DNA of 64,000 nt from Dehalococcoidia bacterium (GCA_965203005.1 CBDBBS010000002.1:3686761-3750760), one strand, 5' to 3'. Shown: positions 54,723-63,718, counted from the stretch's first letter. The notes: generated from the sequence alone by a model not told the origin. Made by a program: numbers and translations.

Positions 54723-54812
54723 GGTAGTTCTCCTCTTATCCAGGCGGTTTCACGCGGAGGGCGCAGGGGCTCTTCTCTCGTTTCTCACTCCTCTCCCCTC
54801 TTTTCTCTCCGG

Positions 54813-55994
54813 TTAGTCCCTCCCCAGGATTACGGTGCCGCCGCTGTGGCGGGAGCCGAGAGCGCCGCCCGTGCCGTGGCACAGGGCGATCTTGCAGTCG
54901 GGCACCTGGCGCGGCGTACCCTCGAACTGGTGCCGGAGCTGCCGGGTGGCCTCCATCAGCAGGAAAATGCCTCGCATCCCCGGATGGTTGGACGACAGTC
55001 CGCCGCCGTCGGTGTTGATGGGCAACTTGCCGCCGATCTTTAGCGTTCCGCCGCTGACGAACTGGCCTCCCTCGCCCTTCTCGCAGAACCCCAGGTCCTC
55101 CAGCGTCTCCAGCACGGTGATGGTGAAGGAGTCGTAGATCATGGCCATGTCGATGTCTTCGTGGGTGACGCCCGCCCCGGCGAAGGCAGGCTCGTGGCTC
55201 TGCTTGGCCGCGATGTAGATCAGGTCGCGCTTGCCGGCGCCCTGGTGGGCCACTGCCTCGCCGGTACCCAGCACCCAGACGGGCGTATGCTTGCAGTTGC
55301 GGGCCACCTCAGGCGAAGCCACGACCACCGCGCCGCCTCCGTCGGTAATGACACAGCAGTCGTTCAGGCGCAGCGGCGACGAGATTACGCGGGAGCGCAT
55401 CACGTCGGCGACGGTTATCTCGTCTCGGAACAGGGCTTCCGGGTTCATGGAGGCGTGGTGACGGACGGCCACGGCGATCTCGGCCAGTTGCTCCAGGGTG
55501 GTGCCGTACAAGTGCATGTGGCGCTGGGCGATCATGGCGTACAGGCCCACGGTGGTCAGGCCGTACAGCTCCTCGAAGCTGTCGGGCGACGGATCGAGGC
55601 GCGGGTGTCCGAAGCGTCCCACACCGCCCGTGCCCACGGATACGCCGCCGGAACGGGCCAGCGTGGCGTAGGTGATGACGGCGACGTTGATGCGCCCGGC
55701 GTGGATGGCGTTGACGGCGTGTGCCAGGTGGAACTCGAATGAGCCGCCGCCCACGGTGGTGTTGTCGACGTGCTTCGGGTACATGTTCAGGTAGTCGGCG
55801 AGGTTCAAGCCGCTGTTTCGCACCGACATCGAGGCGGTGAACAGGCCGTCCACGTCGTTCTTGGACAGGCCGGCATCCTCCAGGGCCTTGATGATGCTCT
55901 CGCCCTGAATCTGGAGCTCGCTCTTGTCGGGAGCGTAGCGGGTCACGTGCTCGTGGACGCCGACAATGGCGGCCGCCCGTCTGAGGTCAACCAT
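54813..55994 (-). CDS. thiolase-like (SCP-x/nonspecific lipid-transfer type) protein
   Basis: 393 aa. ...NTTVGGGSFEFHL...CVITDGGGAVVV...NTDGGGLSSNHPG.... The usual pairing with DUF35. Confidence 0.8.
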   Translation of the reverse strand: MVDLRRAAAIVGVHEHVTRYAPDKSELQIQGESIIKALEDAGLSKNDVDGLFTASMSVRNSGLNLADYLNMYPKHVDNTTVGGGSFEFHLAHAVNAIHAGRINVAVITYATLARSGGVSVGTGGVGRFGHPRLDPSPDSFEELYGLTTVGLYAMIAQRHMHLYGTTLEQLAEIAVAVRHHASMNPEALFRDEITVADVMRSRVISSPLRLNDCCVITDGGGAVVVASPEVARNCKHTPVWVLGTGEAVAHQGAGKRDLIYIAAKQSHEPAFAGAGVTHEDIDMAMIYDSFTITVLETLEDLGFCEKGEGGQFVSGGTLKIGGKLPINTDGGGLSSNHPGMRGIFLLMEATRQLRHQFEGTPRQVPDCKIALCHGTGGALGSRHSGGTVILGRD

Positions 55995-56128
55995 GGGCAG
56001 GATACCTCCGGGGTTGGTTGGAATGAGACCGTGAGTCTCAATAAAGCGGAACTATTATCACCGAGGAGATACGGCAACACAAGGCGGGGCAGACCGGGTG
56101 TCATCGGAGGACGGAGGAACGGCAGCAG

Positions 56129-56557
56129 TTACTCAGGTCCAGTCTCATCCAGGAACGGATTTATGACCGTGAGGCCATCATAGTCCTGCTGATGGCTCAA
56201 GTCCTCGGAATACACTGCATCGCAACCGAGCATTATCGCGGCGGCCAAAATAGCTGCGTCCCAGTAGGAAATGCGGAAGCGGTCGCAGAGCTCCGTGGCC
56301 CTCCGGAAGACCTCGATAGTGACTGGTTGTATGGGCACTTCCGTCAGTCGTTCTATGAACCTGGTGGCTTCCTCGTGGCTCAGCCTGTTGGGGCGGGAAG
56401 GACGAGTGGCCTGATGGTAGAATTCGGCTAGCACTTGGACTGAGAGGGCTAGGTTGTCCCTGTCGGCGAGAACCTCAATGGCCCGAACTCGCTTTTCCGC
56501 CTCGTCTGGGTCCGCGCTGACCGCGTACAAGAGGATGTTGGAGTCAGCGAGGTGCAT
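56129..56557 (-). CDS. vapC: VapC-family PIN ribonuclease toxin
   Basis: MHLADSNILLYAVSADP...VLAEFYHQAT...SYWDAAILAAAIMLGCDAVYSEDLSH.... ATG at 56557. Confidence 0.8.
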   Translation of the reverse strand: MHLADSNILLYAVSADPDEAEKRVRAIEVLADRDNLALSVQVLAEFYHQATRPSRPNRLSHEEATRFIERLTEVPIQPVTIEVFRRATELCDRFRISYWDAAILAAAIMLGCDAVYSEDLSHQQDYDGLTVINPFLDETGPE

Positions 56558-56819
56558 TTCGCTGGTACATTTCTTCTCTGGTCTGGTTCTCAGACATGGA
56601 AATCCCAATCCCCCTCCGCTGAAATTCCTCTGTTATCTCCATCAACTCTCTTCGGTGCTTTTCGCTTTTGGTTTCGACAGGGGTGGCTTGGGTAGCCGGG
56701 TCTAACACTCTGATCATGTGGTTCCTGATCATTGCCGATACGGAGGTTCCTTGCTCGGCCGCCATGATACGGAGTCTGCGGTGGGTGTCCTCATCGACCG
56801 CTACTTTTATAGTTTTCAT
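56544..56819 (-). CDS. ribbon-helix-helix (CopG-like) antitoxin
   Basis: MKTIKVAVDEDTHRRLRIMAAEQGTSVSAMIRNHM.... 14-nt overlap with vapC. Confidence 0.7.
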   Translation of the reverse strand: MKTIKVAVDEDTHRRLRIMAAEQGTSVSAMIRNHMIRVLDPATQATPVETKSEKHRRELMEITEEFQRRGIGISMSENQTREEMYQRNAPR

Positions 56820-57019
56820 GGACTACGCTCAATAAATTCTTATTCTGTGTTCCAAAAATATACCTTGATTATGAGTATCACTCAAGGGTGAAGTGAGGCT
56901 TTCCAGTCGCGACAGGTTGCGGCTTCCCCAGGCCAATGACATTTGGCCGTTGCCGACGAGTGCAGGGCGTGTTGTATAGTAGGGCCGTCATCTCATTGTT
57001 CAGGAATTCAGGAGGGGCG

Positions 57020-57667
57020 ATGCTTGCGATCTTGGGAGGAACCGGCCCGGAGGGCAAGGGACTGGCGTTACGGCTGGCGCTGGCGGGAGAGGAGGTGATC
57101 ATCGGCTCCCGCAGCACGGAAAGGGGAGCAGCGGCCGCTGCCGAGTTGGCCGGGGGCGCTCCGGCAGCCAGCATTGCCGGCACCGACAACGCCGGAGCCG
57201 CCGCCGCTGGCGACGTGGTGTTCCTGGCCTTTCCCTACGAGGGTCAGCGTCCCGTGCTGGAGGAGCTGGCTGGCTCCCTGGACGGCAAGATCGTGGTGAG
57301 CGTCATCGCCCCCATGGTTTTCGAGCGGGGCAAGGGAGCGAGCGCCGTAGAAGTGGAGGCGGGTTCCGCCGCCCAGGAGGCTCAGGAGATCCTACCCAAC
57401 GCCCAGATTGTCGCCGCCTTCCAGAACGTCAGCGCCGAGGAACTGCAGGACCCGCAGGTGGACATGGAGGGCGACGTGGTGGTGTGCTCCGACCACGCAG
57501 ACGCCAAGAAACTGGTGATGGGACTGGCTGACAAGATCAAGAGCCTGCGGGGTGTCGACGGAGGCGCGCTGGCCAACGCCAGGTACGTCGAGCAGATTAC
57601 GCCGCTGCTGGTCAATATCAATCGCATCTACCGGACACACTCGGGTATCAAGATCACCGGGGTTTAG
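57020..57667 (+). CDS. npdG: NADPH-dependent F420 reductase
   Basis: MLAILGGTGPEGKGLALRLALAGEEVIIGSRS...VVFLAFPY...NARYVEQITPLLVNINR.... AGGAGGGG lies before the ATG at 57020. Confidence 0.8.
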   Translation: MLAILGGTGPEGKGLALRLALAGEEVIIGSRSTERGAAAAAELAGGAPAASIAGTDNAGAAAAGDVVFLAFPYEGQRPVLEELAGSLDGKIVVSVIAPMVFERGKGASAVEVEAGSAAQEAQEILPNAQIVAAFQNVSAEELQDPQVDMEGDVVVCSDHADAKKLVMGLADKIKSLRGVDGGALANARYVEQITPLLVNINRIYRTHSGIKITGV

Positions 57668-57756
57668 TCTGAACCGGGATTTATGTGATTCTCTGATTGA
57701 CAGGATTTTCCTGCTGGTAAGGTCTTTGAATCCTGATAGGACTTACGCAGTTCAAC
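57667..57756 (+). repeat. MITE-like repeat family A, copy f (degenerate right end)
   Basis: GTCTGAACCGGGATTTATGTGATTCTCTGATTGACAGGATTTTCC...GACTTACGCAGTTCAAC. Starts on the last base of the npdG TAG. Confidence 0.7.
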
Positions 57757-57758
57757 TA

Positions 57759-57805
57759 TTCCCTCTACCTTGAGGGAGAGGGTTAGGGTGAGGGTGAAAA
57801 TCTCT
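57759..57805 (+). repeat. repeat family B unit
   Basis: ATTCCCTCTACCTTGAGGGAGAGGGTTAGGGTGAGGGTGAAAATC. Confidence 0.8.
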
Positions 57806-57882
57806 AACTGCGTAACTCCATAATCCTGATTTGGGCCGCATACACAATGGAATCGGATTACACTAGAGCCAAGGAGGCAACC

Positions 57883-58425
57883 ATGCCGCGATTTCCGATA
57901 GACATAAACAGCGCCGAAGGACAGGCGGCGGTCAAGGGCCAGTGGCGATACGCAGAGGGTTACGTCCCCGGGGCCGACAACTACGGCCTCGAAGAGCGGG
58001 CCGTGGGAAGCCCCTGCCGACTGCCGGACTATGACGATTCAGGCTGGGAGGTCTGCTCCGACACCAGCGCCTGGGCCAGGTTTGGCGGCGACTACGTCAC
58101 CGGCTTGTCCTTCGTCTGGTACCGCATCAACATCACCATACCCGAAACGGTGGGAGGACGGGACCCGCGCCGCACCCGCCTGCTCTTCGAGACGTGCGTC
58201 GACGATTACGGCGAGGTCTGGATCAACGGCGAGTGCAACCGGGAACGCGGGACCGTGGAGGGGTTCAACCGCCCGCAACGCGTGGAGGTGGCCAACAACC
58301 CAAACCCCGGCGACCAGTACACCATCGCCGTGCTGGCCGCCAACGGCCCGCTGGGCGCTCCGGGCGGCGGCGTCTTTGTCCGCTACACCAACCTCAGCTT
58401 CGAGTGGCGCGACGACGACCCGTAG
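57883..58425 (+). CDS. hypothetical protein, possibly a galactose-binding-domain-like fold
   Basis: 180 aa from ATG at 57883 after AAGGAGG. ...DDSGWEVCSD...FVWYRINITIPE...DDYGEVWINGE... resembles sugar-binding jelly-roll modules. Confidence 0.5.
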   Translation: MPRFPIDINSAEGQAAVKGQWRYAEGYVPGADNYGLEERAVGSPCRLPDYDDSGWEVCSDTSAWARFGGDYVTGLSFVWYRINITIPETVGGRDPRRTRLLFETCVDDYGEVWINGECNRERGTVEGFNRPQRVEVANNPNPGDQYTIAVLAANGPLGAPGGGVFVRYTNLSFEWRDDDP

Positions 58426-58447
58426 GGAGCTTTCCCGCAGGGGGATT

Positions 58448-58533
58448 GTCTGAATCAGGATTAACCGGATTCGAGGATTTCCGTGATTCTCTCATCCTAT
58501 GAATCCCTTAATCCTGAAAATCCTGATTCAGAC
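58448..58533 (+). repeat. MITE-like repeat family A, copy g
   Basis: GTCTGAATCAGGATTAACCGGATTCGAGGATTTCCG...GAATCCCTTAATCCTGAAAATCCTGATTCAGAC. Nearly identical ends to copy a. Confidence 0.85.
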
Positions 58534-58559
58534 AGAGAGTTGAAAAACCCGGGGCCTAC

Positions 58560-59846
58560 ATGACTCGCCTGAGATTCGTTCACGCTGCTGACCTGCACCT
58601 GGACAGCCCCTTTCGTGGCATCAGGGCGGAGGCGCCGCCGCACGTTGCGGACACGCTGCGCCGGGCCACCTTCGACGCCTACGAGAACATCGTCAGCCTG
58701 TGCCTCCGGGAACGGGTGGACGCGCTGCTGGTGGCCGGCGATATCTACGACGGCGCGGACCGCAGCCTGCGGGCCCAACTCCGGTTCATCGACGGCCTGA
58801 ACCGTCTGGATGCGGCCGGCATCCGCGCCTTCGTATGCCACGGCAACCACGACCCGCTGGATGGCTGGGAGGCGCGACTGGACCTGCCGCCCGGCTGCGT
58901 CCGTTTCGGCCGGGAGGTCAGCAGGGAGCCGGTGTTTCCGGATGAACCCCAGCGGGCCACCGTGTACGGAGTCAGCTACCCCACCCGCGAGGTTCGGGAA
59001 AGCCTGGTGCCACTGTTCGATTCGTCCGTTGCGACACTGCCTAGTGGCTTCAACATCGGCCTGCTTCACGCCAACGTGGGTGGCCACCCCGACCATGACC
59101 CGTACGCCCCTTGCTCCGTCGCCGACCTGGCCGGGACCGGCCTTGACTACTGGGCGCTGGGACACGTTCACACCCGGCAGGTGCTGCGTGATGAACGGCC
59201 CGCCGTGGTCTATCCGGGCAACCCCCAGGGGCGCAACCCCCGCGAGACCGGCGAACGCGGCGTCTACCTGGCCGAAGTGAACGACCAGGGTCAACTCAAT
59301 CTCAGCTTCCGGCCAGTCGACGTCGTGCGTTGGGAATCTATGGACGTTGACATTACCGGCCTGGAAACCGAGCAAGAACTGCTGGACACCATAGACTACT
59401 CCTTCGCCTCCTGCGCCAATGCCAGCGGAGGGCGCCCGGTGGTGATACGGCTCTCGCTGACTGGCCGGGGGCCGCTGAACCGCTGGATTCGCAGTTCCGG
59501 TATTGCGGATCAGCTCCAGGAACAGATCAACGACCAGCACGCCCATCAGTCGCACTGGCTGTGGTGCGAACGAATCCAGGTGAACACCGGCTCTCCCGTG
59601 GATCGTGGACAGGCAGCCAGGCGCGAGGACTTCACCGGCGACCTGGCGCGGCTGGGTACCTCGCTGCGGGAGGATTCCGGCGCGCTGGCGGAACTTCGGG
59701 AATCGCTCCGCACGCTCTACGTCAGCTCCAACGCCGCCCCCTATCTGCGAACGCATCTTCCGTCGAACGAGGAGTTGCTGGAACTGCTGGCGGCCGCCGA
59801 GGAGGAATGCCTGTCCTCGCTGGTTGGAGAAGAGGACGAAGAGTGA
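58560..59846 (+). CDS. Mre11/SbcD-like metallophosphoesterase (YhaO-type DNA repair exonuclease)
   Basis: FVHAADLHLDSPF, LLVAGDIYD, VCHGNHD, and GLLHANV...WALGHVH. These are the calcineurin-like nuclease motifs I-V. Confidence 0.85.
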   Translation: MTRLRFVHAADLHLDSPFRGIRAEAPPHVADTLRRATFDAYENIVSLCLRERVDALLVAGDIYDGADRSLRAQLRFIDGLNRLDAAGIRAFVCHGNHDPLDGWEARLDLPPGCVRFGREVSREPVFPDEPQRATVYGVSYPTREVRESLVPLFDSSVATLPSGFNIGLLHANVGGHPDHDPYAPCSVADLAGTGLDYWALGHVHTRQVLRDERPAVVYPGNPQGRNPRETGERGVYLAEVNDQGQLNLSFRPVDVVRWESMDVDITGLETEQELLDTIDYSFASCANASGGRPVVIRLSLTGRGPLNRWIRSSGIADQLQEQINDQHAHQSHWLWCERIQVNTGSPVDRGQAARREDFTGDLARLGTSLREDSGALAELRESLRTLYVSSNAAPYLRTHLPSNEELLELLAAAEEECLSSLVGEEDEE

Positions 59847-62800
59847 GAATCGAGGAGCTGTACCTGGACGGCTTCGGCCACTTCAACCAGCACGCCATCG
59901 GCCCGGTTTCAAGCACTGTCACGGTGTTCTACGGCCCCAACGAGGCAGGCAAGAGTACCACGCTGGCCTTTATTCGTGCTGTCCTGTTCGGCTTTCCCGC
60001 CCGGTTCAACAGCCACTATCCGCCGCTGGCCGGGGGACGGCACGGGGGCCGTATTACGCTGCGCGACGACGCGGGCGTGGTCTACTCCGTCGAGCGGCAT
60101 GCCGGGGCGCGGGGCGGGTTGGCCGTACTCACTCCCGACGGCCCGGTGTCCAACCCAGGCGCCCTGATGCAGCGGCTCACAGGCAACGCCACTCCGGACC
60201 TGTTCCGGAACGTGTTCGCTTTCAGTCTCGACGAACTGCAAGTGGCAGCCTCGCTCAACGACGCCAGCGGCACCATTTACAGCGCCGGGCAGGGAGCGCC
60301 GGGCGTGCCCGGGCTTCTGAAGTCGCTGGGCGAACACAAAGGGGAAATCTACCGTACTCGAGGCAACAACCAGGAGGTGCCCCGGCTGGTCAATGCCCTG
60401 AGAGACATCGACAGCCAGTTGAGAGTCATTGAGGGAAACGCGGGAAAGTACGGCGCGCTGACCGAGCGCAAGTCGGAGATAGACGCAGAGTTGGAGGAGG
60501 CCGACACGGAACTCTCACGGCTGAACGCGCGGCGAGGCGACATTGACCGTCTGCGGGATGGCTGGGAGGACTGGCTGGCCCTGTCGGCCTGCGAGTCCCA
60601 GTTGCAGGCTATGCCCAAGTACGTGGACTTTCCCGAAAACCCGATAGTGCGACTCGACGCTCTTGTGGACAGGGTGCGCCAAGCCCGCGAGGACCGGGAC
60701 GAGACTGCCGGGCAGCTGCGGCAGGTTGAAGAGGCGGCATCCGCCGGCATCCCCGGCGAGGACTTGCTGTATGACCGGGAAGGCATCGAGGCCGTGCGCC
60801 GCGACCGTAACAGGTTCGACGCCGCCGTACGCGACCTGCCGGAACGCGAGGGCGAGTTGCGGGGAATGGAAGCTGACCTAGCTGGGCAGTTGGCAGACCT
60901 GGGACACAACTGGGACGAAGCAGAACTGCGGGCCTTCGACACGTCGGTGGTGGTAAGAAACCAGGTGGATTCATGGAAAGAGCGGACATCGGAGGCTGAC
61001 AGCCGGGCCCGCCAGACAGAGTTCCAACTGGCCCAGGAACGCCGTTCCCTGCTGGAACACCAGGAACAGACCAGGGAGGCGCGGGAAAAGCTGCCACCCC
61101 AGCCACCTCTCGACGCCGCCGGATTGTCTCAGCGGCAGGAGGCACTTCGCACGGCCCGCAGCAGGTTGGAAGGATACGAAAGGGAACGGCAGAACCACGA
61201 CAACCTGCGGGGCCAAGTGAATGCGCTGACCATTGGCCAGGAAGCGCCAAGAAACGGGGCATCACGTCCCAATTTTACGATCTTGGGTTTGATTGCGCTG
61301 GTGGGGTCCGCTCTTTTCATGGCTGGCATACTGTCTGGCGGAGCGCTGGGCGCAATATCGTGGTTGCTATCGACCGTTGGTTGGCTGATCTTAATAGCTT
61401 TGCTGGCGACAGTGTTCATTTTCTTGATTCGGGGAAGGCGCGCGTCGTCCACGGCACAGTCTCCGGTGGCTTCCACCCTGGCAGAACAGGCAGCCGAAGC
61501 AGAACGGGCAACGGAAGCCGCCCGCCAATCCCTAATAGGTTCGGCAGCAACCCTTGGCCTTCGCGAACAGCCTGACGCTGCCGCTCTGGACTCGGTGGAA
61601 GAGCGCCTCAACCTGGCGCGCAACGCATTGGAAGCCCGCAGGACAGCCGAGTCCAGGCTCGAAGACGCGAATCGCCGGGAGAAGTCGCAGGAGCGCAGGC
61701 TGGAAGTCGGGGTCAAGGAACACGAAGGCGCACAGGAAAACGCGCAGAGAACGCATCAGGAATGGCGGCAGTGGCTCCGGGAGCGCGGGCTGGACGAAAC
61801 GCTGACACCGGAGTCCATGACTGCCTTCCTGGCCCGCGTCGAAACGGCCCGGGGCGCACTGTCGGCCACCAGCCAGATGCGGGGGCGGGTGCAGGCAATT
61901 CGAGACGACATCGAGGAATTTCGCCAGTTGGTGGAACCGCTGTCGCAGCGCCACGGCCTGCGCCTGGACTCAGACGGCCACCGGCAACTCCCGGTGGTGG
62001 CGGACGAACTCATCAGGCGTCTGGACGAAACTCAAACCGCCTTTGCCGACCGGGAACGGTCCAGGGAGCAGGTCGAGGAAGTCCGGCAACTCCTGGAAGC
62101 CAGAGAGAGGCGTCTGCAGGGTGCGGAAGTTGAACTGGCCGAGTTGCTGGCCGCAGGCGGTACGGAGGACGCTGAGGATTTTCGCCGCCGGGCACGCCAG
62201 CAGGCAGAGCGGTTGGAGTTGGAGCGGCAGCTCGATGAGCATCGCCGCAGTCTCGAAAGACTCAGCGGCCCCGGCGAGAGGTTCGACGGTTTCTGCCGGT
62301 CGTTGGCAACCTCCGATCCAGCCCAGATGGAGGAGGAATCCTCCCGGCTGTCAGAGCGTCACGCCGAGGTCGCCGGAAACCGCGACGCTCTGCGGGAGGA
62401 GCGCGGAGGCATTGCCACCGAACTGGCGCACCTCACCAGCGAACAGGAGTCGTCGGCGCTGCGCGTCCACCGCAACACCCTCGAGGAGCAATTGCGGGAG
62501 CAGGCGCGCGAGTGGTCTCGCCTCACCATCGCCGAGACCCTGCTGGAAAAGACCCGGCAAAAGTTCGAGCAGGAACGCCAGCCCGGCGTCATCCGTCACG
62601 CACAGGAGTTCTTCTCCGGCGTGACCGGCCAGCGATACCAGCGGCTGTACGCTCCCATAGGAGAGCAGACCATAACGGTGATTGACGCGTCCGGAGCAAG
62701 CAGGCAGCCTGCCGAACTGAGCCGGGGCACGCGGGAGCAGCTATACCTCGCCCTGCGGTTTGGGTTGATCCGCGAGTTTGGCGAGCACGCCGAGCGGCTG

Positions 62801-62977
62801 CCGGTGGTGGTGGATGAGGCGCTGGTCAACTTCGACCCCGGACGGGCCCGCCTGGCCGCCGAGGCTTTTGGCCACCTGGCAGAGACTAACCAGGTGTTGG
62901 TATTCACCTGCCACCCCGCCACCGCCGACATGTTCGCCGAGGCGGCGGGAGCGGAGGTGGTGGATATCAGCGGGTGA
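59843..62977 (+). CDS. Rad50/SbcC-like AAA ATPase with long coiled coil and a central TM hairpin (YhaN-type)
   Basis: The GTG at 59843 overlaps the upstream stop (GTGA). Walker A GPNEAGKST. About 700 aa is Glu/Arg/Leu-rich coiled coil. Two hydrophobic helices ILGLIALVGSALFMAGIL...WLILIALLATVFIFLI. Signature LSRGTREQL and Walker B VVVDEALVNFD. Confidence 0.85.
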   Translation: MRIEELYLDGFGHFNQHAIGPVSSTVTVFYGPNEAGKSTTLAFIRAVLFGFPARFNSHYPPLAGGRHGGRITLRDDAGVVYSVERHAGARGGLAVLTPDGPVSNPGALMQRLTGNATPDLFRNVFAFSLDELQVAASLNDASGTIYSAGQGAPGVPGLLKSLGEHKGEIYRTRGNNQEVPRLVNALRDIDSQLRVIEGNAGKYGALTERKSEIDAELEEADTELSRLNARRGDIDRLRDGWEDWLALSACESQLQAMPKYVDFPENPIVRLDALVDRVRQAREDRDETAGQLRQVEEAASAGIPGEDLLYDREGIEAVRRDRNRFDAAVRDLPEREGELRGMEADLAGQLADLGHNWDEAELRAFDTSVVVRNQVDSWKERTSEADSRARQTEFQLAQERRSLLEHQEQTREAREKLPPQPPLDAAGLSQRQEALRTARSRLEGYERERQNHDNLRGQVNALTIGQEAPRNGASRPNFTILGLIALVGSALFMAGILSGGALGAISWLLSTVGWLILIALLATVFIFLIRGRRASSTAQSPVASTLAEQAAEAERATEAARQSLIGSAATLGLREQPDAAALDSVEERLNLARNALEARRTAESRLEDANRREKSQERRLEVGVKEHEGAQENAQRTHQEWRQWLRERGLDETLTPESMTAFLARVETARGALSATSQMRGRVQAIRDDIEEFRQLVEPLSQRHGLRLDSDGHRQLPVVADELIRRLDETQTAFADRERSREQVEEVRQLLEARERRLQGAEVELAELLAAGGTEDAEDFRRRARQQAERLELERQLDEHRRSLERLSGPGERFDGFCRSLATSDPAQMEEESSRLSERHAEVAGNRDALREERGGIATELAHLTSEQESSALRVHRNTLEEQLREQAREWSRLTIAETLLEKTRQKFEQERQPGVIRHAQEFFSGVTGQRYQRLYAPIGEQTITVIDASGASRQPAELSRGTREQLYLALRFGLIREFGEHAERLPVVVDEALVNFDPGRARLAAEAFGHLAETNQVLVFTCHPATADMFAEAAGAEVVDISG

Positions 62978-62984
62978 GAATATC

Positions 62985-63078
62985 AACGCAGAGCGCGCGG
63001 AGGTTTTAACGCAGAGGTAGAAGAGACTATCGCTTGAATTAAACCCTCTGTGGTTCTCCGCGAACTCTGCGTTAAAAG
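62985..63078. repeat. repeat family D, palindromic
   Basis: CAACGCAGAGCGCGCGGAGGTTTTAACGCAGAGG ... CCCTCTGTGGTTCTCCGCGAACTCTGCGTTAAAA, between convergent genes. Confidence 0.8.
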
Positions 63079-63091
63079 CCCCCGGCGTCGC

Positions 63092-63718
63092 CTAGTCCTC
63101 GGGTGGCCACTTGGTGCCTCCGACGGCAGGCCGTTCGGCTGGCGATGCCTGCAACCCGGCATCAACCACCTCCCGGAACTCCTTGAGGATGACTTCGGCC
63201 CAGTCCTGGGTGTGGGACACGCGGTGGGCCATGCGGCGCCCGCGGCGGGCCTGGCGCTGGGCCGCCTCGTCCAATCCCTCGGTGTCCCGGTTTATGGCTT
63301 CGTCCATGGCGTCGATTTGCGGGACCAGACCGTTGGCGGTCTCAATGAACCGGGCTACCTCGTTCATATCGTCGTCGAGGATCACGAATATCGGCACGGT
63401 GCCGGCGCGATGCTCGGGCAGGAAGGTGTCGGCCAGAGGCACATCATCGTCGCGGTTGAACACCTGCAGGTTGACCTTCTCGCTGCTGTCGGCCAGCCTC
63501 AGGATGACCGGCGTGGTGCTGACCGCATCGCCGCACCAGTCTGCGGTGAACACGGCCAGGTTGATGGCGTTGCTCAAGCCATCGGCCCAGCCGGTGGCCT
63601 CCGCAGGGAGTTTCACGCCGCTGTAAATCTCGACGAATGGTTCCTTGTTCACCTTGATCTGGTCGATGTATTCCTCGGTGCTCATGCCAGACTCGAACCG
63701 CTCTCTGCTGATGGCCAT
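63092..63718 (-). CDS. thioredoxin-fold family protein
   Basis: 208 aa from ATG at 63718 after AGGAGG. ...LAVFTADWCGDAVSTTPVI...TVPIFVILDDD... has a thioredoxin-like layout with a single Cys (WCGD). Confidence 0.6.
   Translation of the reverse strand: MAISRERFESGMSTEEYIDQIKVNKEPFVEIYSGVKLPAEATGWADGLSNAINLAVFTADWCGDAVSTTPVILRLADSSEKVNLQVFNRDDDVPLADTFLPEHRAGTVPIFVILDDDMNEVARFIETANGLVPQIDAMDEAINRDTEGLDEAAQRQARRGRRMAHRVSHTQDWAEVILKEFREVVDAGLQASPAERPAVGGTKWPPED

Noticed and set aside
58497-59756. 419-aa minus-strand ORF, and similar antisense ORFs at 44946..45848, 45889..46995, 10167..11204, 12821..14104 and 17383..18570
   Set aside because: All lie opposite genes with strong motif support and show antisense-type composition.
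59561-59842. Upstream 94 codons of the 1138-aa ATPase track ORF
   Set aside because: This is an out-of-frame overlap with the 3' end of the Mre11-like gene. The GTG at 59843 places Walker A at the usual N-terminal position and gives a GTGA stop/start overlap.
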